Assembly (NCBI GenBank): GCA_010909165.1
Contig: MU008179.1
Location: 930,001-994,000 of the forward strand
Source of the DNA: Anthoceros angustus
Lineage: Eukaryota > Plantae > Anthocerotophyta
Direction: 5' to 3'
Length of the DNA: 64,000 bases
Shown: positions 24,205 through 36,600 of the stretch, piece after piece
How the letters are laid out: every line of letters begins with the position of its first letter
Numbering within the stretch: the first letter of the stretch is position 1
Notes under the pieces: model-generated
What the model was told of the DNA's origin: nothing
What the model saw: only the letters and a program-made list of their open reading frames with translations
Databases searched by the model: none
Made by a program: the position numbers and the translations under genes

Positions 24205-27200
24205 TCGGCGGCCTCGTCCCTCAGGCCTCTAGCTGATTTTTTTTCGGGGGCTAGAGGGTAGATTTCTAGAGAGAGAATTGACCATTTGGTCATTTTTTTT
24301 ACTCAATATAGTAAAATCTATTACAATAGAGTAGAAAACATGGCATGTCGGGTGAAATGCATCCACCATAAATGTTGAAACCAGGGCAGCAGGGTAGAAA
24401 AAAATTGACTCCAAGTGAATACCAGGTACATCTAGATGAAAGCTCATTCTAGAAATCCCACCAAATCGCTAAATCTGGCAGTAAAACATATTCAGGTAAA
24501 TACCATTCATGCGGATCCAGGATATACAAAAAACCAACAAAGAAACCTTTTCTTTGCAGAGTTTCCTGCATATCCAGAATTACATGAAATACAAATTAAA
24601 ATAATGTAGAGTAAATACCATAAGATTGATCCCTACCTCTAAAACGCATAGAAAACATAAATTAAGCACGAAAATATTAAGAAATGAACACGACAATGTA
24701 TATCAGACAAGTCAAAAGGCAGACAGACGGTGAACCGGCGGACAACGTGTAAGGTCAAACAACGATTGATCACACAGCTGATCGAGATGGATGTAATGCA
24801 GACAGACGGAACAAAGAACGTAACAGACACACAACAGTTTGACACAAAGATGAAAACATACCACGGTTGCCTACTGACAGAATTTTCAGGTTTCTTCAGG
24901 ATCTTGTTCAAGCCCCCCACACTCTCCTGCTCGCCAAGACATACGAAGTAAGCAACTGAAAAGCACCAAACAAAGCTAACAGCAAACTCTGAAAACGCCA
25001 CAAACAAAACAAAGAAACTATATATAATGAAGTCCTGAATGATCAAACAAAACAATTGAAACAAAGAATGAAATCGCACCAGAATTACTTCCTGCAGTAT
25101 TATCCAGTTACGACCGGATATTCTTCAAGCCGCAAACTCTTACGCATGACAAAACATAAAATAATTAACGAAAAGGGCTACAAAAGTGACAAAACTTTAT
25201 TGCTAGTCTACAAGACAATGAATGGAAGATAAGCAAACTTATGACCGAGAAAACAAAACCAACACAAAGGTAAAATGTGACACAACCAAAAGGCGCAAAG
25301 CTATACAATGGACAGACAACACGGAAATCAATGGTGAGGCTTGAAAGCCCTAAGCGGAAGACACAACCAAACAAAAACGAAGATCTGAACCAATGCAAAA
25401 GAATGCAAAAGAGCACCAGTTAGGGCATTGTTGTTGAAGAATGTGCGTGAGGCTTGCACAAGCATGAAGGATTCAAGTTGGCGACCATCTGTGCGAGGAA
25501 CACCCTATTTAACATCATCTTGTCGGATGATATCAATGCAACCACACGGTTTCAACGCTTCCATGTCACATTGGTGTAGTAGGAGGCGAGATCCATCGAG
25601 CCACAGGCGGCGGGAAGCGCATGTTCCAGAAGTGAGAAAACTTGGTTGGGTGTAGGAGGAAACCAAGATGACATTCTTTAGCGAATGTCAAAGCCACCAT
25701 AGTCGANTTCGTACCGTGAGCCAACGCACCTGTAGAGAGGAAGTCGCATGGTCTGAGTGCTTGGTGGAGGACTTGCTCCCGCAAGTGCCTAAACGAGTTG
25801 CCCCCTTGTGAATGGTTGAAATTGCTTTGCTTTGGGTGTGTGGCAATGCCTGTGAACTCTGCTTGAGGGTAGACTACAGGAAAGACTCGGAGGTTCTCGT
25901 CGTGTCAAACTCATAGCAACCGCCCAAGGAAGAACTTGCGGTGGAGGCCGACCCCTGTGCAGCAGCTGTAAGAGTCAAGCCAAGAAGCCCGAATCGAGGT
26001 TAGAATAGGAGGAAGAGGATGAGAAGATGAGTAGAGGATTAGAGTGTAGGTGTTAGTGGAAGGCCATGCAGCCTAAGGGACGAATCCCAACTGCAAGTAA
26101 AAGAGCGCCCCGAGTGGAGAAGAGTGGTCTTAGAAGTAGGGACAAAATTGCGTGTGGACTGGGGTCCTGGGCGCCGTGATAGGCTCCTCACCGCTAAGGC
26201 GTGACCGCAATTGTGTTGTGTCGCTAGGTCGAGGATTGGTGATTTTCTGAGCAAAGGCAAGTGTACCGCAGAAGAGGGAGAGTAGAGGCCTTGCTTGTTT
26301 AGAAGGTCGAGAAGTTGTGTCTCGCAGTAGCGATCGATCACAAGACCTCGAACTTTCACACAAGTCTCATGGGGATCAAACCCAACGATGGGCGTGTGAC
26401 AAGTGTACGCTTAGAGTGGAGGATCTCGAGCCGAGGGTTTTCCCTACCACACAAAAGGCGCGGTCTCGTGCATGCTTGGAGCTGCAGCGGCGCGCCTGTC
26501 GGCGCATGCTGTCAGGATACGTATAGCAGCTGCGGCGTAGTACGCTACTTGCTTGCGACTACAGCGCCAGTGCATGTAATCGCCTGCATGCGGCCCAATT
26601 GCGGTGGCCGGGCTGCAGTCAGCATTGCATGCCTGCCGGTTGTAGGATGCGCCAATAGGACTGCGCCATAAGCAGTTGCGGTTGCGTGAAAGGAGAATGT
26701 TGTCAATTGTCCCGCTTAGAGCCGAAGTTCTCGATCTGTTCACAAGTCAACTCAGTCTGTTCGTTCGAGTATATTCTCCATAACGCCTGAATTGTTGCCT
26801 CTCTTTCAGAACGGAATTGAAGAATGAGAGCAACGACGACATGGTCGACATCAAAGAAGGTAATCGTCATTTCCTTGTTTGACTGTCGAATAGCCGTTTC
26901 CTTTAAACTAATGTCTGAAATATACATTTTTACAGAGAGCAACCACGAAATGCATGGAACCAACAAACATTGGCGACGGCGGTGGCGGTCGAGACAATCT
27001 ATGTTCCATGCCATGGGGATCCGAGAGATATAGGCACCAGACCGGAGTTTGAAATCCCACTTCTTGAGATACGAAAGATTGTTGAAAAAGGTACTAGTGT
27101 TAAAAAAGGTATTGTTGAAGTTTCGTCGCCATGTGACTAACTGAATGCATGTTTTCCAATTCTCTCGGAGCACACTATGTTCACATCTATGGGCAAACAA

Positions 27201-28888
27201 GACTTACAGCTCCTTTGCCAGGTGCCTGCCCAACTGGACAAAATTAAAAAGGTACGGAGTTTTTCTTCCGCAATGCCCTTACAAACGACATGACTGTAAA
27301 ATTGTTTTCAACATGCTTATCAAGTTTGTCTAACTAAATGTACATGTATAGGATATTAAAAAGAATTTACGAACAACAGCACAGTTAGAGTTGGAGACAA
27401 TGACTCTAGTGAGAAGGTTTAACAGACACCAAATCTCAATTCAATCGATACTAGAGGTAAACAAACAAATGCGTTGATACTATTTAGTATTGTACTGTTG
27501 ATTACTTAACAATTGCTGATAGTGTCAAGAATCTTTGTCAAAGTATGAAATCAAAGACAAAATACACAAAATTGACGAGAAAATCAACAACACAGACATA
27601 TCACATCAGGTTGGTCAAACATTATCATATAATGTTTTTCCTCTACTTAACAAATTTATGAATTTCTACAGGAAAAAAAGAGAAAAATAGAAGAGTCTCA
27701 AGACAATGCTCCAAGTTACGGCCCTTCAAAAGAGTTTACCGAATTTGGCAAATGGATGAATAACTTCCAGTATCCGCAAATATTCCAAGATTTCAAGAAC
27801 AAATATGTTCCCATTTGGGAGCATAGTCTTAAAGACCCAGTGCAGCCAATCTTCAATGAAGATGGGTCTACACCAACTCTTTAGCAGCACATGGAGATTC
27901 AAAAAAGTAATATCTTAGGATTGTTTATTTTATAAAGTGAATTATATGGTTTAATATTTTATATTGTGATAATGTAGAGATATCAGCAGCCATTCAAAAT
28001 AAGGAGCTGAAAAGTCCAGACTTGTTGTTCTTCATGGAGGATCCGGAAACAACGAAAAACATCCAAAAGGTATATTCTTGAATCCGCAAGGTATATTCTT
28101 GAAAATGAAGATTCTAATATCTGCCTTTCTTCCAGAACTAAAAGTCACACTTCTGCAGTGTGGGGAATCTTCACAGCACCTGCCTAACGTTAGTCAGAAA
28201 GGTATTTACCGAGCAGGATCTACTTCGACTTGAAATGGAGGTAAATTACTAACCTATTTTACCTTCGTTTGTAGTTATCGAAGAATCAGAAGGAGTTGTT
28301 TGCACTGTTTGAGGTTAGTATATGAGATTATTAGTGTTCAATCGTATTAAGTCGAATTTTTTACAAATGATATTGCTTGTAGAAATATTCACGATCTTTG
28401 AGATGATAAACTTTCTATCTGGACCGTACAACTAGCAAAAAAAAAGACATACTCTGAAGACAACGCACCACCAAAATCACCTGTTTACACCCCATCAACC
28501 CCAATAGAATATGACGTGTGATCTCAAAACTATAATGTCCGTAAAACTATGATGAGATTGAAACTGCTGGGACAATTACTAAAATAGCGAAAGCAGAAAT
28601 GGTAACTTTTATTTTACTTCATATTTTACACTAAAGAGAGAGAAAAGAGAGCTATAAACTGGGTGGATAGGGCAGCAGCTCTTAAAAATCACGGAACCTC
28701 GGACCTGCTCGCCTCGTGCAGGTCAAGTGGGGCACGTCTCGGCTGACCGGCCTAAGCGACCTCGGCGCTCCCTTACGCCCGAGCGGACTTGCGTTGGGGC
28801 GCATGGCCTAGAACGGTCTCGGCCTACGCGGCCTTGGTCTGTTTCTCGGCCGTGGCAACGCCCCTCGGCGCGTCACGTTCCCTAACTA
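24205..28888. mobile_element. Unclassified insertion with GC-rich hairpin-like ends, carrying an intron-containing gene
   Basis: The left end is shared with the repeat at 1110-1435. The right end has ctcggcctacgcggccttgg..ccctaactact and abuts a 5'-truncated methyltransferase. The interior is AT-rich. No transposase recognised; boundaries inferred. Confidence 0.4.
27352..28521 (+). pseudogene. Spliced gene of unknown function with short introns (one in-frame TAG)
   Basis: Exons 27352-27456, 27523-27609, 27672-27906 and 27978-28069 join in frame through GT..AG introns of 66, 62 and 71 nt (DIKKNLRTT..ILE|CQESLSKYEI..SHQ|EKKRKIEE..TL*QHMEIQK|KISAAIQNKEL..). More probable exons run to TGA 28519-28521 and upstream to ~26800. 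Confidence 0.7.
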
Positions 28889-28889
28889 C

Positions 28890-29660
28890 TGATTCGGATC
28901 ACGAGATAGAAGCGAAATGTGATAGATATGCGGGGATATTTGAGAGGAAGAAACTATGCACTGTTATCATGGATGTCCCCCGAGGGTTTGGCATAGGATC
29001 TATGGACAAAAGGATGGACATCACGATAATGAATACAATGTTCCACAACTTTCACGAAAAGACCACCTGTAAAGAGTATCGGATTATCGTCATGCATGGT
29101 GTGGAGGAAGCTAATACGGTTAGAGAGTCTATGAGGAAGTGGTGTAGGAAAGGAGGCATGGTTTCATTTGTCTAGGACAAGACAAGCATGAGCAATGACA
29201 GAGGAGGGTTTGAAACCGTTGAGTATGTTACTATGGGTTGGTGTATGAAGGAGGGGTGTGCCAAGGACAGGGCCACGATGATGCCGAACGCCATGCATAG
29301 AATGTTCAACAATGGGAGGTTAGTCATTGCTTATGACACTGTGGTAAAAAAGCAGGTTTACCTCTCTAATGACAAGTTGGTGGTATGCCCATACCAAAGG
29401 CCTCTCGGCCTTATGATGAAGTTCATAAAGACATTTTCAAAGGAAGGGGACTAGGTACTTGATGCATGCTCTGGAAGCGGAACGACAATTTTGGCAGCCT
29501 TGCTTTGTAGACGTCACTATATAGCCATGGAGGCGGACTTGAGATGTGCAGGCTATATTCCGCAATGCATCCATGGGCATGAAGTCCTACCAGACGCAAA
29601 AGAATAGCTCACTTTGAGCCACATCGGAGGCCTCGGGTTTGGTGAGAAGGAAGTATGTCA
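28890..29660 (+). pseudogene. Beta-class N4C/N6A DNA methyltransferase-like gene (N6_N4_Mtase fold), copy B
   Basis: One reading frame with stops at 29173 and 29452 (both TAG where copy A has TGG) and at 29605: CTVIMDVPRGFG...SFV*DK...VEYVTMGW...CPYQRPLGLMMKFIKTFSKEGD*VLDACSGSGTTILAALLCRRHYIAMEAD. This matches the consensus HPxQKPxxLxxxxIxxxSxxGDxVLDPFxGSGTTxxAAxxxxRxxIGxE, with the catalytic motif N-terminal to the SAM-binding motif (beta order). Confidence 0.88.
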
Positions 29661-29692
29661 CCCATCGGTGAAAAGGATGGTGTCGGCCATAC

Positions 29693-29875
29693 GGTAAGCA
29701 CTTGAATTCATATAAGCGCACCTTGGAGCCAACAGCAAGCAAACAAATCTAATACATGAATATATGGGTGCAAACCAATCTTTGTCGCTAAGGTAAGCAC
29801 TTGAATTCATATAAGCACTTCCTCGACCAACAACCAAGCAAACAAATCTAATACGTATATAGGTGCAAACCAATC
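29693..29875. repeat. Tandem duplication, 2 x ~95 bp
   Basis: ggtaagcacttgaattcatataagc...aagcaaacaaatctaatac...ggtgcaaaccaatc occurs twice. Confidence 0.85.
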
Positions 29876-29939
29876 CCCACGATAATGTGAGACTCCAAGT
29901 CGAACATTATCATTAGTAGAACTACATACGTCGCACCTC

Positions 29940-30085
29940 ATGTAGTGCATTGTGCACAAAACCAATCTTCCTGGGAATGTCATCAAGAGGTGGTTGAACA
30001 CAAAACATGTGGTACCCCCTATTGCACCGATCACAAACAAGCATTACATCATCATCATCAGTACGTCCACAAACCTAACACTCCA
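29940..30085 (-). CDS. PHD finger at the pol C-terminus (gypsy B)
   Basis: - strand CGRTDDDDVMLVCDRCNRGYHMFCVQPPLDDIP(fs)EDWFCAQCTT*. Confidence 0.9.
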
Positions 30086-32749
30086 AGTCTTTGGGTGGAC
30101 GCCACCAGAGGGGTAGTGGTGGGTCCAAATTAGGTAAGTGGCATGGTGCAGTTCTTGAGGTGATCCTTCCATAGGATCCAATTGATCCCTGTTGCGCTAT
30201 GGCAAGGTTCTCCATTGCCATGGGCATGATCCGCTTGAAAAGCTCCTTTTCCAGTCTCGTAGGCAATCATCCGCATTGCGCCAATCCACCGGTGCTTGTA
30301 GCCTTGCTTGCCTCACGCTTGGCAAAATGGTTGTCGCCCATACAACAAGTAGTATGGTGAAAAATTGCTCAAGGTCGCTTGATTGCTCACCCCTGCACTT
30401 AGCACTAGGTATGGCATCCCTTCATCCCATGTCTTCGGTCATTTGTGAGACAATATTTGCGCAAGGCCGCTTGAAGGTCCGCACTGCCGCTCAAGAAGTC
30501 CATCGGCTTGAGGATGATCTCTCGACGCCGATGATCAATCAAGCTCCCCGCAAGCAAGTCTTGAAATTCCCCACCAATTCTTTGCCCCGGCCGTGAGAAC
30601 CTCGCACATGCTCCATATCGACTAAGAACGGAAGCCAAGAACGCCATGGTAAGCCGAGAGTCACGCTTGGGTAAGATGGCAACCTCGCACCACTTGTCAA
30701 ATGCTCCACCATTAGCATGACATGCTTGTTTCCAAGACGCCTCTCGCATGTCCGGCATGAGATCCACACTCCACCGTAGAAGAGTCCTCGATCGGCAGAG
30801 AGTGAAGCACAACATCATTGGTCGTGAACCTTGCCTTCACTGATCGCACACTCTACATTCTCGACCGCCTTTCCACATCTCCATACATCCTTGCCCAAAA
30901 GTGTGTGGGCTCGAGCGTCAGAGGTGCGCTTAGCACCAAAATGCCCTAAGCCTTCATGCACTGGGTGATGAGTCTCACCCGTCCTCCGGCTTGGGTACAA
31001 TTCTATCTCCGTAATCACGACATACATTATGTCCTCCTTCCAATAGTACCGAGCCACCTTCTCGTAGCTTGGCCTCGCTCGAGATGAAAGCCCTTGTGGC
31101 AATTCCCGACCTTAGGAAGGTCACCGCTATTGCATCCGCCCATGTCCTGACGGACTGACAAAGCGCGATGAGTGGAGGGTCTCAAGATCCTCATGCAGAT
31201 GGCCAACATGGTATCCGGACTACTCCCCCAGCGTTGCTCGTCATCCGAATCTTGCCCGGCCCCCGTAGTGTCTTCACGAGGTAGAGGATTCCTTGACAAC
31301 CCATCAAGATTAGAGTGAACTCTACCGCTGTTCGACAAAGTCATACTCGGAGAATGAGAGCCCACCGCCGCCTTTCCGTAAGCTTGCGTCATCAACCAAT
31401 GCAAGGGTTGATGGTGTGATTAGTCGAAATTGATGTCCAAACAAGTACGGACGAAAGTGTCCGATCGCCCACACGCAAGACATTCTCCTTCATAGGTAGT
31501 AGTTGACTCACCGGTTGTTGCTCCGACATAGGCAATGACATGTTCCTCTTCCTTGTCATTGATCCGCGCCAAGATCGCCTATGCCGTACTTGCTCCAATG
31601 TAAAGTACGAACGGCCATCAAGTTTGATGACCAAGAATTGGCGAGCTCATGAGTCTACCCTTCAACTCCATGAAAGCGACTCCCTCTTGAGTCCAACGCC
31701 AAGTCACCAACTTCTTCAACAAGTCATTCAATGGTCATAATCTCGCTCATCCGGAATGAACTTCTAGTAACCGCCAAACCCAAGAATGCCCTCAACTTCG
31801 AGATGTCGCTTTGGCCTGGAATGCGCACATTGCCTCCACCTTGGTGGCATGCGGCGAGATCCCGTGATCCAATGACCCAAGTACAACACCTTATCCTCTC
31901 CAAATCGACACTTCCCTGGATGGGCCTTCAACCCACAAGCCCAGCAAAGACCGCTCAAGATGTTGTAGATGCTCCTCAAAGGTATTGTCAGAAGATGATG
32001 ACATCATCAATGTAGCACTTGGCGAAATGCAAGTCCTTGAGCTCATTGTCCATGTATCTTTGAACTGCGTACATGGCGTCTTCAACCCAAATGGCATGTA
32101 ATTCCACTCGACAAGCAATCGCCCCTAACGCCGCTTTTCTTCTTGTCTTCTTCGATCTCTACTTGGTGAAACCCTAGCCTCAAGTCCAATGTTGAGAAGA
32201 ACTTGCACCCAATGGTGTCAAGATCTCTTCACCGTCATGGGATAGTGGTCATGTGGGATTCGCTGCTCAATGGCCGATAGTCACCACACATTCTCCTCTC
32301 CGTCCACAATCCATTCTCATCCTTCTTTTCGGAAGCACTGCCGCATCACGATCATGAGTTAGATCGTCGAATCAGCCCTAGCTTGAGAAGCTCTTGGCAT
32401 CGATTCTCAACCAAATCCCACTCACTTGAGCTCGCCTGCGAACACTGGTTCATCCGTGGTCCTCTATGTGGAACTTCCCTTTGGTGTACTTCCCCATCTC
32501 CGCAAGCGTGAAAGCAAACACATGTCGCGATGCCTCCAACAACTCCTTTAGCCGACGCCGCTGATTGCTCTTCAACTCGACGCTTAACCACTCATGTGGT
32601 GGCTCGATGGCTTGCACGCCTCTACGTGCTCGCCTCCTTGCCCTCCAAACTCGCCTTCTCGCTGAGATGCGAGTGCCGGAATGTCCTTCACCCACCGAAC
32701 CACCGCTCAACCCCGCCTTCTTGGTTTCGGTTGGTAACCCACCGCTAAA

Positions 32750-33480
32750 CAACCGTGTCATCATGTTCACGTCAAATGCTTGCCCAAGCAATCGACACCG
32801 CCTTTCTGGCCACTCCTGTCTCGTGGCTCATCAAATCCCATGGCCAACTCCTCTCTCTGTGGCCGCTTGGCTCTCCAAGGCCCTCTTGATGACTCTGCCC
32901 ACCACAATGCCGGGCCATGGTTCCCCGATGCTACTAAATGTTGGAGCAAGGTTAGTCCACATGGACCTCAACCTATGAGCCCTCGAACCAAATTGAGCAT
33001 CCAATAGAAGCTCCGACCCAACACTCCTGATCGTGGCAAAGTCCTCCGAACTTGCTTCTTCACGCTCATGCATGGGCACATTCTCCAACATGTATCCACA
33101 AGGCCTTTCTTGCCCTTTCTCGGATCAAGCGCAAGATCCTCATCATAGAACAATGCTGTTCGGATCCTTAGACCTTGACCCTTGCCTCGCAGAGGATAGT
33201 CCTTGACACTCCCAACTGTGATGAAGGTCCACCTGCCCAAGACAACTCAAATGGGACAACCCTATCATGCGAACATCCATCCAGCGCCGTAACCCTTCAC
33301 CGACTCCCACGCCGAGGTTAGGTACTCCCCATCAAGTCTCTACGCTCGTGACACAATCCTTGCTTTTGGATCCGGGTCACAATGCACGATCTTCGCACTT
33401 TGATGCCACACTTTAGCACCGCCCAAGCCGCATCGATGCCTCCAAAGAGTTCCACGAGCACTATGCCGTTTTCCCGAGGT
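32750..33480 (-). pseudogene. DNMT3/DRM-like C5-cytosine methyltransferase domain within gypsy pol (copy B, all main motifs)
   Basis: Motif I GIVLVELFGGIDA..VLKCGIKVR (~33475-33395); motif IV QVDL..SWECQGLSSA.KGQGL..RTALFYD (~33235-33140); motif VI MLENV (~33091-33077); motif VIII ELLLDA.QFGSRAHRLRSMWTNL (~33015-32945); REELAMGF (~32855-32835); motif X LGQAFDVNMMTRLF (~32791-32747). Confidence 0.88.
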
Positions 33481-33663
33481 CGCCATGTGATGACACAGGT
33501 GTTTAGGTCACAAACAGCTCAACCCTAGGCAAGAACTTACAGCAGCCTCCTCCATAGGACACCGTCCTCTTGCACCATCCTCCATGCCTTTGCACGGTCA
33601 GCCACCGCCCGCCCCTTGACTTGAAGAACCTCCTCCGAGGGTGGTTGCAACCTAGCTTGTCTT

Positions 33664-36600
33664 TGTAGACTTATCCGACTTGGAAACCTGGGACGTAAGT
33701 GTTTTTTGTTTTGGATCCGTGGTGAAAATAAGTCGGGTTGGTAGTAGGCAAAGGTATTTATAGAAGAAATGCCTTGGCCTATGGATTCTTTTCTTGTTTT
33801 GATTTTTAAGTTAGAAAATAAATGGTCCGAATTGGTGTTCCTTGGCCCATGGACTCGGAATGTTCCCTAAAAAGTCTATATATGTGAGATAGGGGGTTGG
33901 AATAATTAGAGTGTGATAGGTCTATAAGTTGGGGTCGACCCAAGCGTGGGAATGAGTGTGGGGTTGTGGATTGGGATGTGGAAGCGGTCGTGAGGTCGAG
34001 CAGTAGGGGAACCAGGAAACTTAACCCTAGGAATGACAATCCCGTTCAAACAACGGAGCGCCGGGCCGGGAGCGGGAGGCAGCGGTGGGGCCGACGACGT
34101 GAGCCGGTCGGGAGGCATGTCGGGGCCGATCGGCGAGGCGCAGCGGCGAAGGAAGGAGCTCGAACCCGTCCGGCGACGCGAGGCGCAGCAGAGGAGGAAG
34201 GCGCGCGGACGCTCCTTCTTGAGGAGGTAGGAACCACGACCGACCCCTTGCAGGTGGCGTTGGTTTGTGGCGAGACCGGGAAGGCGTGAGAGGGATGGCG
34301 CCAAGGTCACCACCGAAATTGTGCTTGCCCAATGGCCGAACATGGATCATTGGAAAGTTCGAGCTGGGGAGCTGGTGAAGGAGCTGAAGCTGGGTTTCAT
34401 GGAAGAGCGGTGGAATTACATGAACCTGGGACTGGTGCAGGAGTGTGCGCGTCACCTGAAGGACAAACAGCCAGGCGGGGGATTTAGAGCGAAGCCGCAG
34501 GATTGGGACCTGGAGCTGGTTAGAAGGGTGTATGGGCGAAGTAAGGAGGAGGCGGGCGGTTTGGTGATGGAGCCGTCCAGGAAAAGAAGCACGGCAGCAG
34601 CAGCAGCCGCCCTGGTTAAAGCGGGCGTAATTCGCGAACCCAACGGCTGGTTGACGAGGGATTTGGCAAGGATTGATGGTGCGGTGGCTCCTATGTTTCC
34701 ACAAAGCGGGATTATTTGTCGACCACTGCTGTTCCTTCATGAAGTGGTCAAGGGGCGAAGATCGATTGAGGCGAATTCTCTTGACAAGTTGTGTGAAGAG
34801 AGGTTGAACTTGATTTCCTCGCCTCGGCCTCTCTAATCTCACCATTTGGTCCATCTTTATGTTTACGCTAAGCTGCGCGGAGGTGGAGATTGTAGCCTCC
34901 CTCCACATGTGGAAGCCGGTTAGGTGAAGTGAAGGCGGAGGAGCCCAAGGAGGAAAAATCGGATAGCGGGGAGTCGGTGGCGGCAGGCTTCGGAGGAGGA
35001 AGGAAATTCCCACCAGCAAAGGAGGAAGACCGGGGTGAAAGGCGCATCAAAAAAGGTGAAGGCGGATGCGCGTCACCCAAAGCAGGCGCCGCGCTCTGAA
35101 ATGAAAGCCAAAGCGGCGGTTGGAGGTGGCGAAGGAGGCGCGATCCGAGGACAATTTTGACGGATGCGGATGATGAATCAACTCGGAGGGTTTAGGGGTG
35201 ACCTCGAGGCGGACCCTCCTCGGCATGGGAAGAGATTTTCAAGGGGACTCCAGCAGGTGGATGCAACCGAATTGGTGAGGTGCGCACCTTCTGGGAGGAA
35301 AGTTCTCGACGGAGGGATGGCGTCGCGGGGCCGCCAAGTGGACTTGCGGGGCCGACCACGTCGATGATCCGGGCCCAAGCGTTTGTTGGATCAAGCGGCT
35401 TTAGCTCTCACGCTCGGTGTGCGGGGGCGGCGGGAGGAAGTGGTGAAGGCCAGTTTGAGAAGAGGAGCGCCAAGCAAGCTGGAGGAAGACAAGCGGAACC
35501 TAGAGGAAATAAGGGCCAAGATTCAAGAAGATTTGTGCAGGCCTGGGAGAAGTTGCAAGCCATGACGAGTGAGGAAGCACTCATGGCTCAAATTAAGGAT
35601 GCCACGAGGCGAACCAGAGATGCGGGGAGTTGTTGCGAGCCAGGCGAGGCGGCCTCGTGGAAAAGGCCCATAAGCTAGCGGAGCGATATAAGCGAGGCGG
35701 GATGAGGCACGTGGCGGGCGAGAAAAGACAAAGGGAAGGGGAAGCGGGGTAGCAGGACCACGGAGTAGCGGAAGGACCTACGAGCGGAAGGAAGCGACGA
35801 GGTAGTGGCCGAAACCTCACCTACCGCGGTTCTTGAGCAGGACGGTCGTGGAGTCCACTACCGGTGGTCGCACCGACATTGGCGCAACCAACCCGGAAGC
35901 GAGGCGGGGGCGGGGCAGTGCGGCGTGGCGCCTCGCGAGGACATAGGCCAGTGCAACAGTGTAGCCTACGGGAGGAGGGGTAAGCACCTCGGTGCAGGGT
36001 CCTATTATATTACACATGGATGAGGAAACTTATGTGCCCGGTCTATATGTGAATGGAGAACGCGTGCTTAACCTCACGTCCATGTGCGTGTGGAAATAGG
36101 AGGGATCGGGGCCTACCTCAGTGAGGACCCGGTGCATACTTCTACCTGCGCCGGGTGTGGGGTTGGCTCCTATGCGGAGGCGACTTTGGAGGAGTTGAGC
36201 GAGGAGGAGGTCCAGCTTGGGTGGACGAGGCGTAATAATCCTCGGCAATAGGCGGCCCGGAAGATCACGGAAGCCCAGGCGGTACACCTCAAATTCGGGC
36301 GTCCAGTGGCGGTGAGGTGGAAGTAGTGTGGGAGAACTGTCCGACCAGTGGCGTGGCGAGAGCTCGTGGCGGCAGCAATGGAGGACGTGGGGCGGCCAAG
36401 TCGAGGTAGGGCGCAGCAGATAGCGTGGTGAGGTGGTAGCAACCTAAAGATAATTTGGTTAGGGTCTTGCTGGACCTAGGATCGCTCCGAATTGTGGGCG
36501 TCCCGCGATAGCCATCTTAGGACCTAAAAATCCGGGCGGTGCCCGGCCGATGTATAAGAGGGGCGGGTGGGTCCCTCACGTCGGATAACTCTGGTTGAGA

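Larger units (their letters stand above)
29940..33663 (-). mobile_element. Ty3/gypsy B pol: DNMT-RT-RNaseH-INT-PHD (frameshifted)
   Basis: DNMT ~33480-32750; RT ~32450-31850 (LVENRCQELLKLGLIRRS, MCGDYRP, FSTLDLRLGFHQ, YMPFGLK, YIDDVII); RNase H ~31650-31280 (DGLSRNP); integrase ~30960-30200 (HEGLGHFG, RWSVDL); PHD ~30085-29940. Confidence 0.9.

Noticed and set aside
1110-24520. One giant TIR element bounded by the inverted repeats at 1110-1435 and 24205-24520
   Set aside because: The shared terminus faces inward in both copies, with the repeat bodies extending outward, which fits two separate insertions.
28789-28889. Signal-peptide-like N-terminus of ORF 28789-29175
   Set aside because: Comes from the GC-rich end of the adjacent insertion; similarity to MTase copy A only starts near 28900.
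22870-29660. Bacterial restriction-modification locus or contamination
   Set aside because: No endonuclease or operon structure. The copies are interleaved with eukaryotic TEs and a spliced gene, and one homologue lies inside a CACTA element.
29655-29880. 3' LTR of gypsy B matching 41200-41742
   Set aside because: No sequence similarity to that LTR and no matching TSD.
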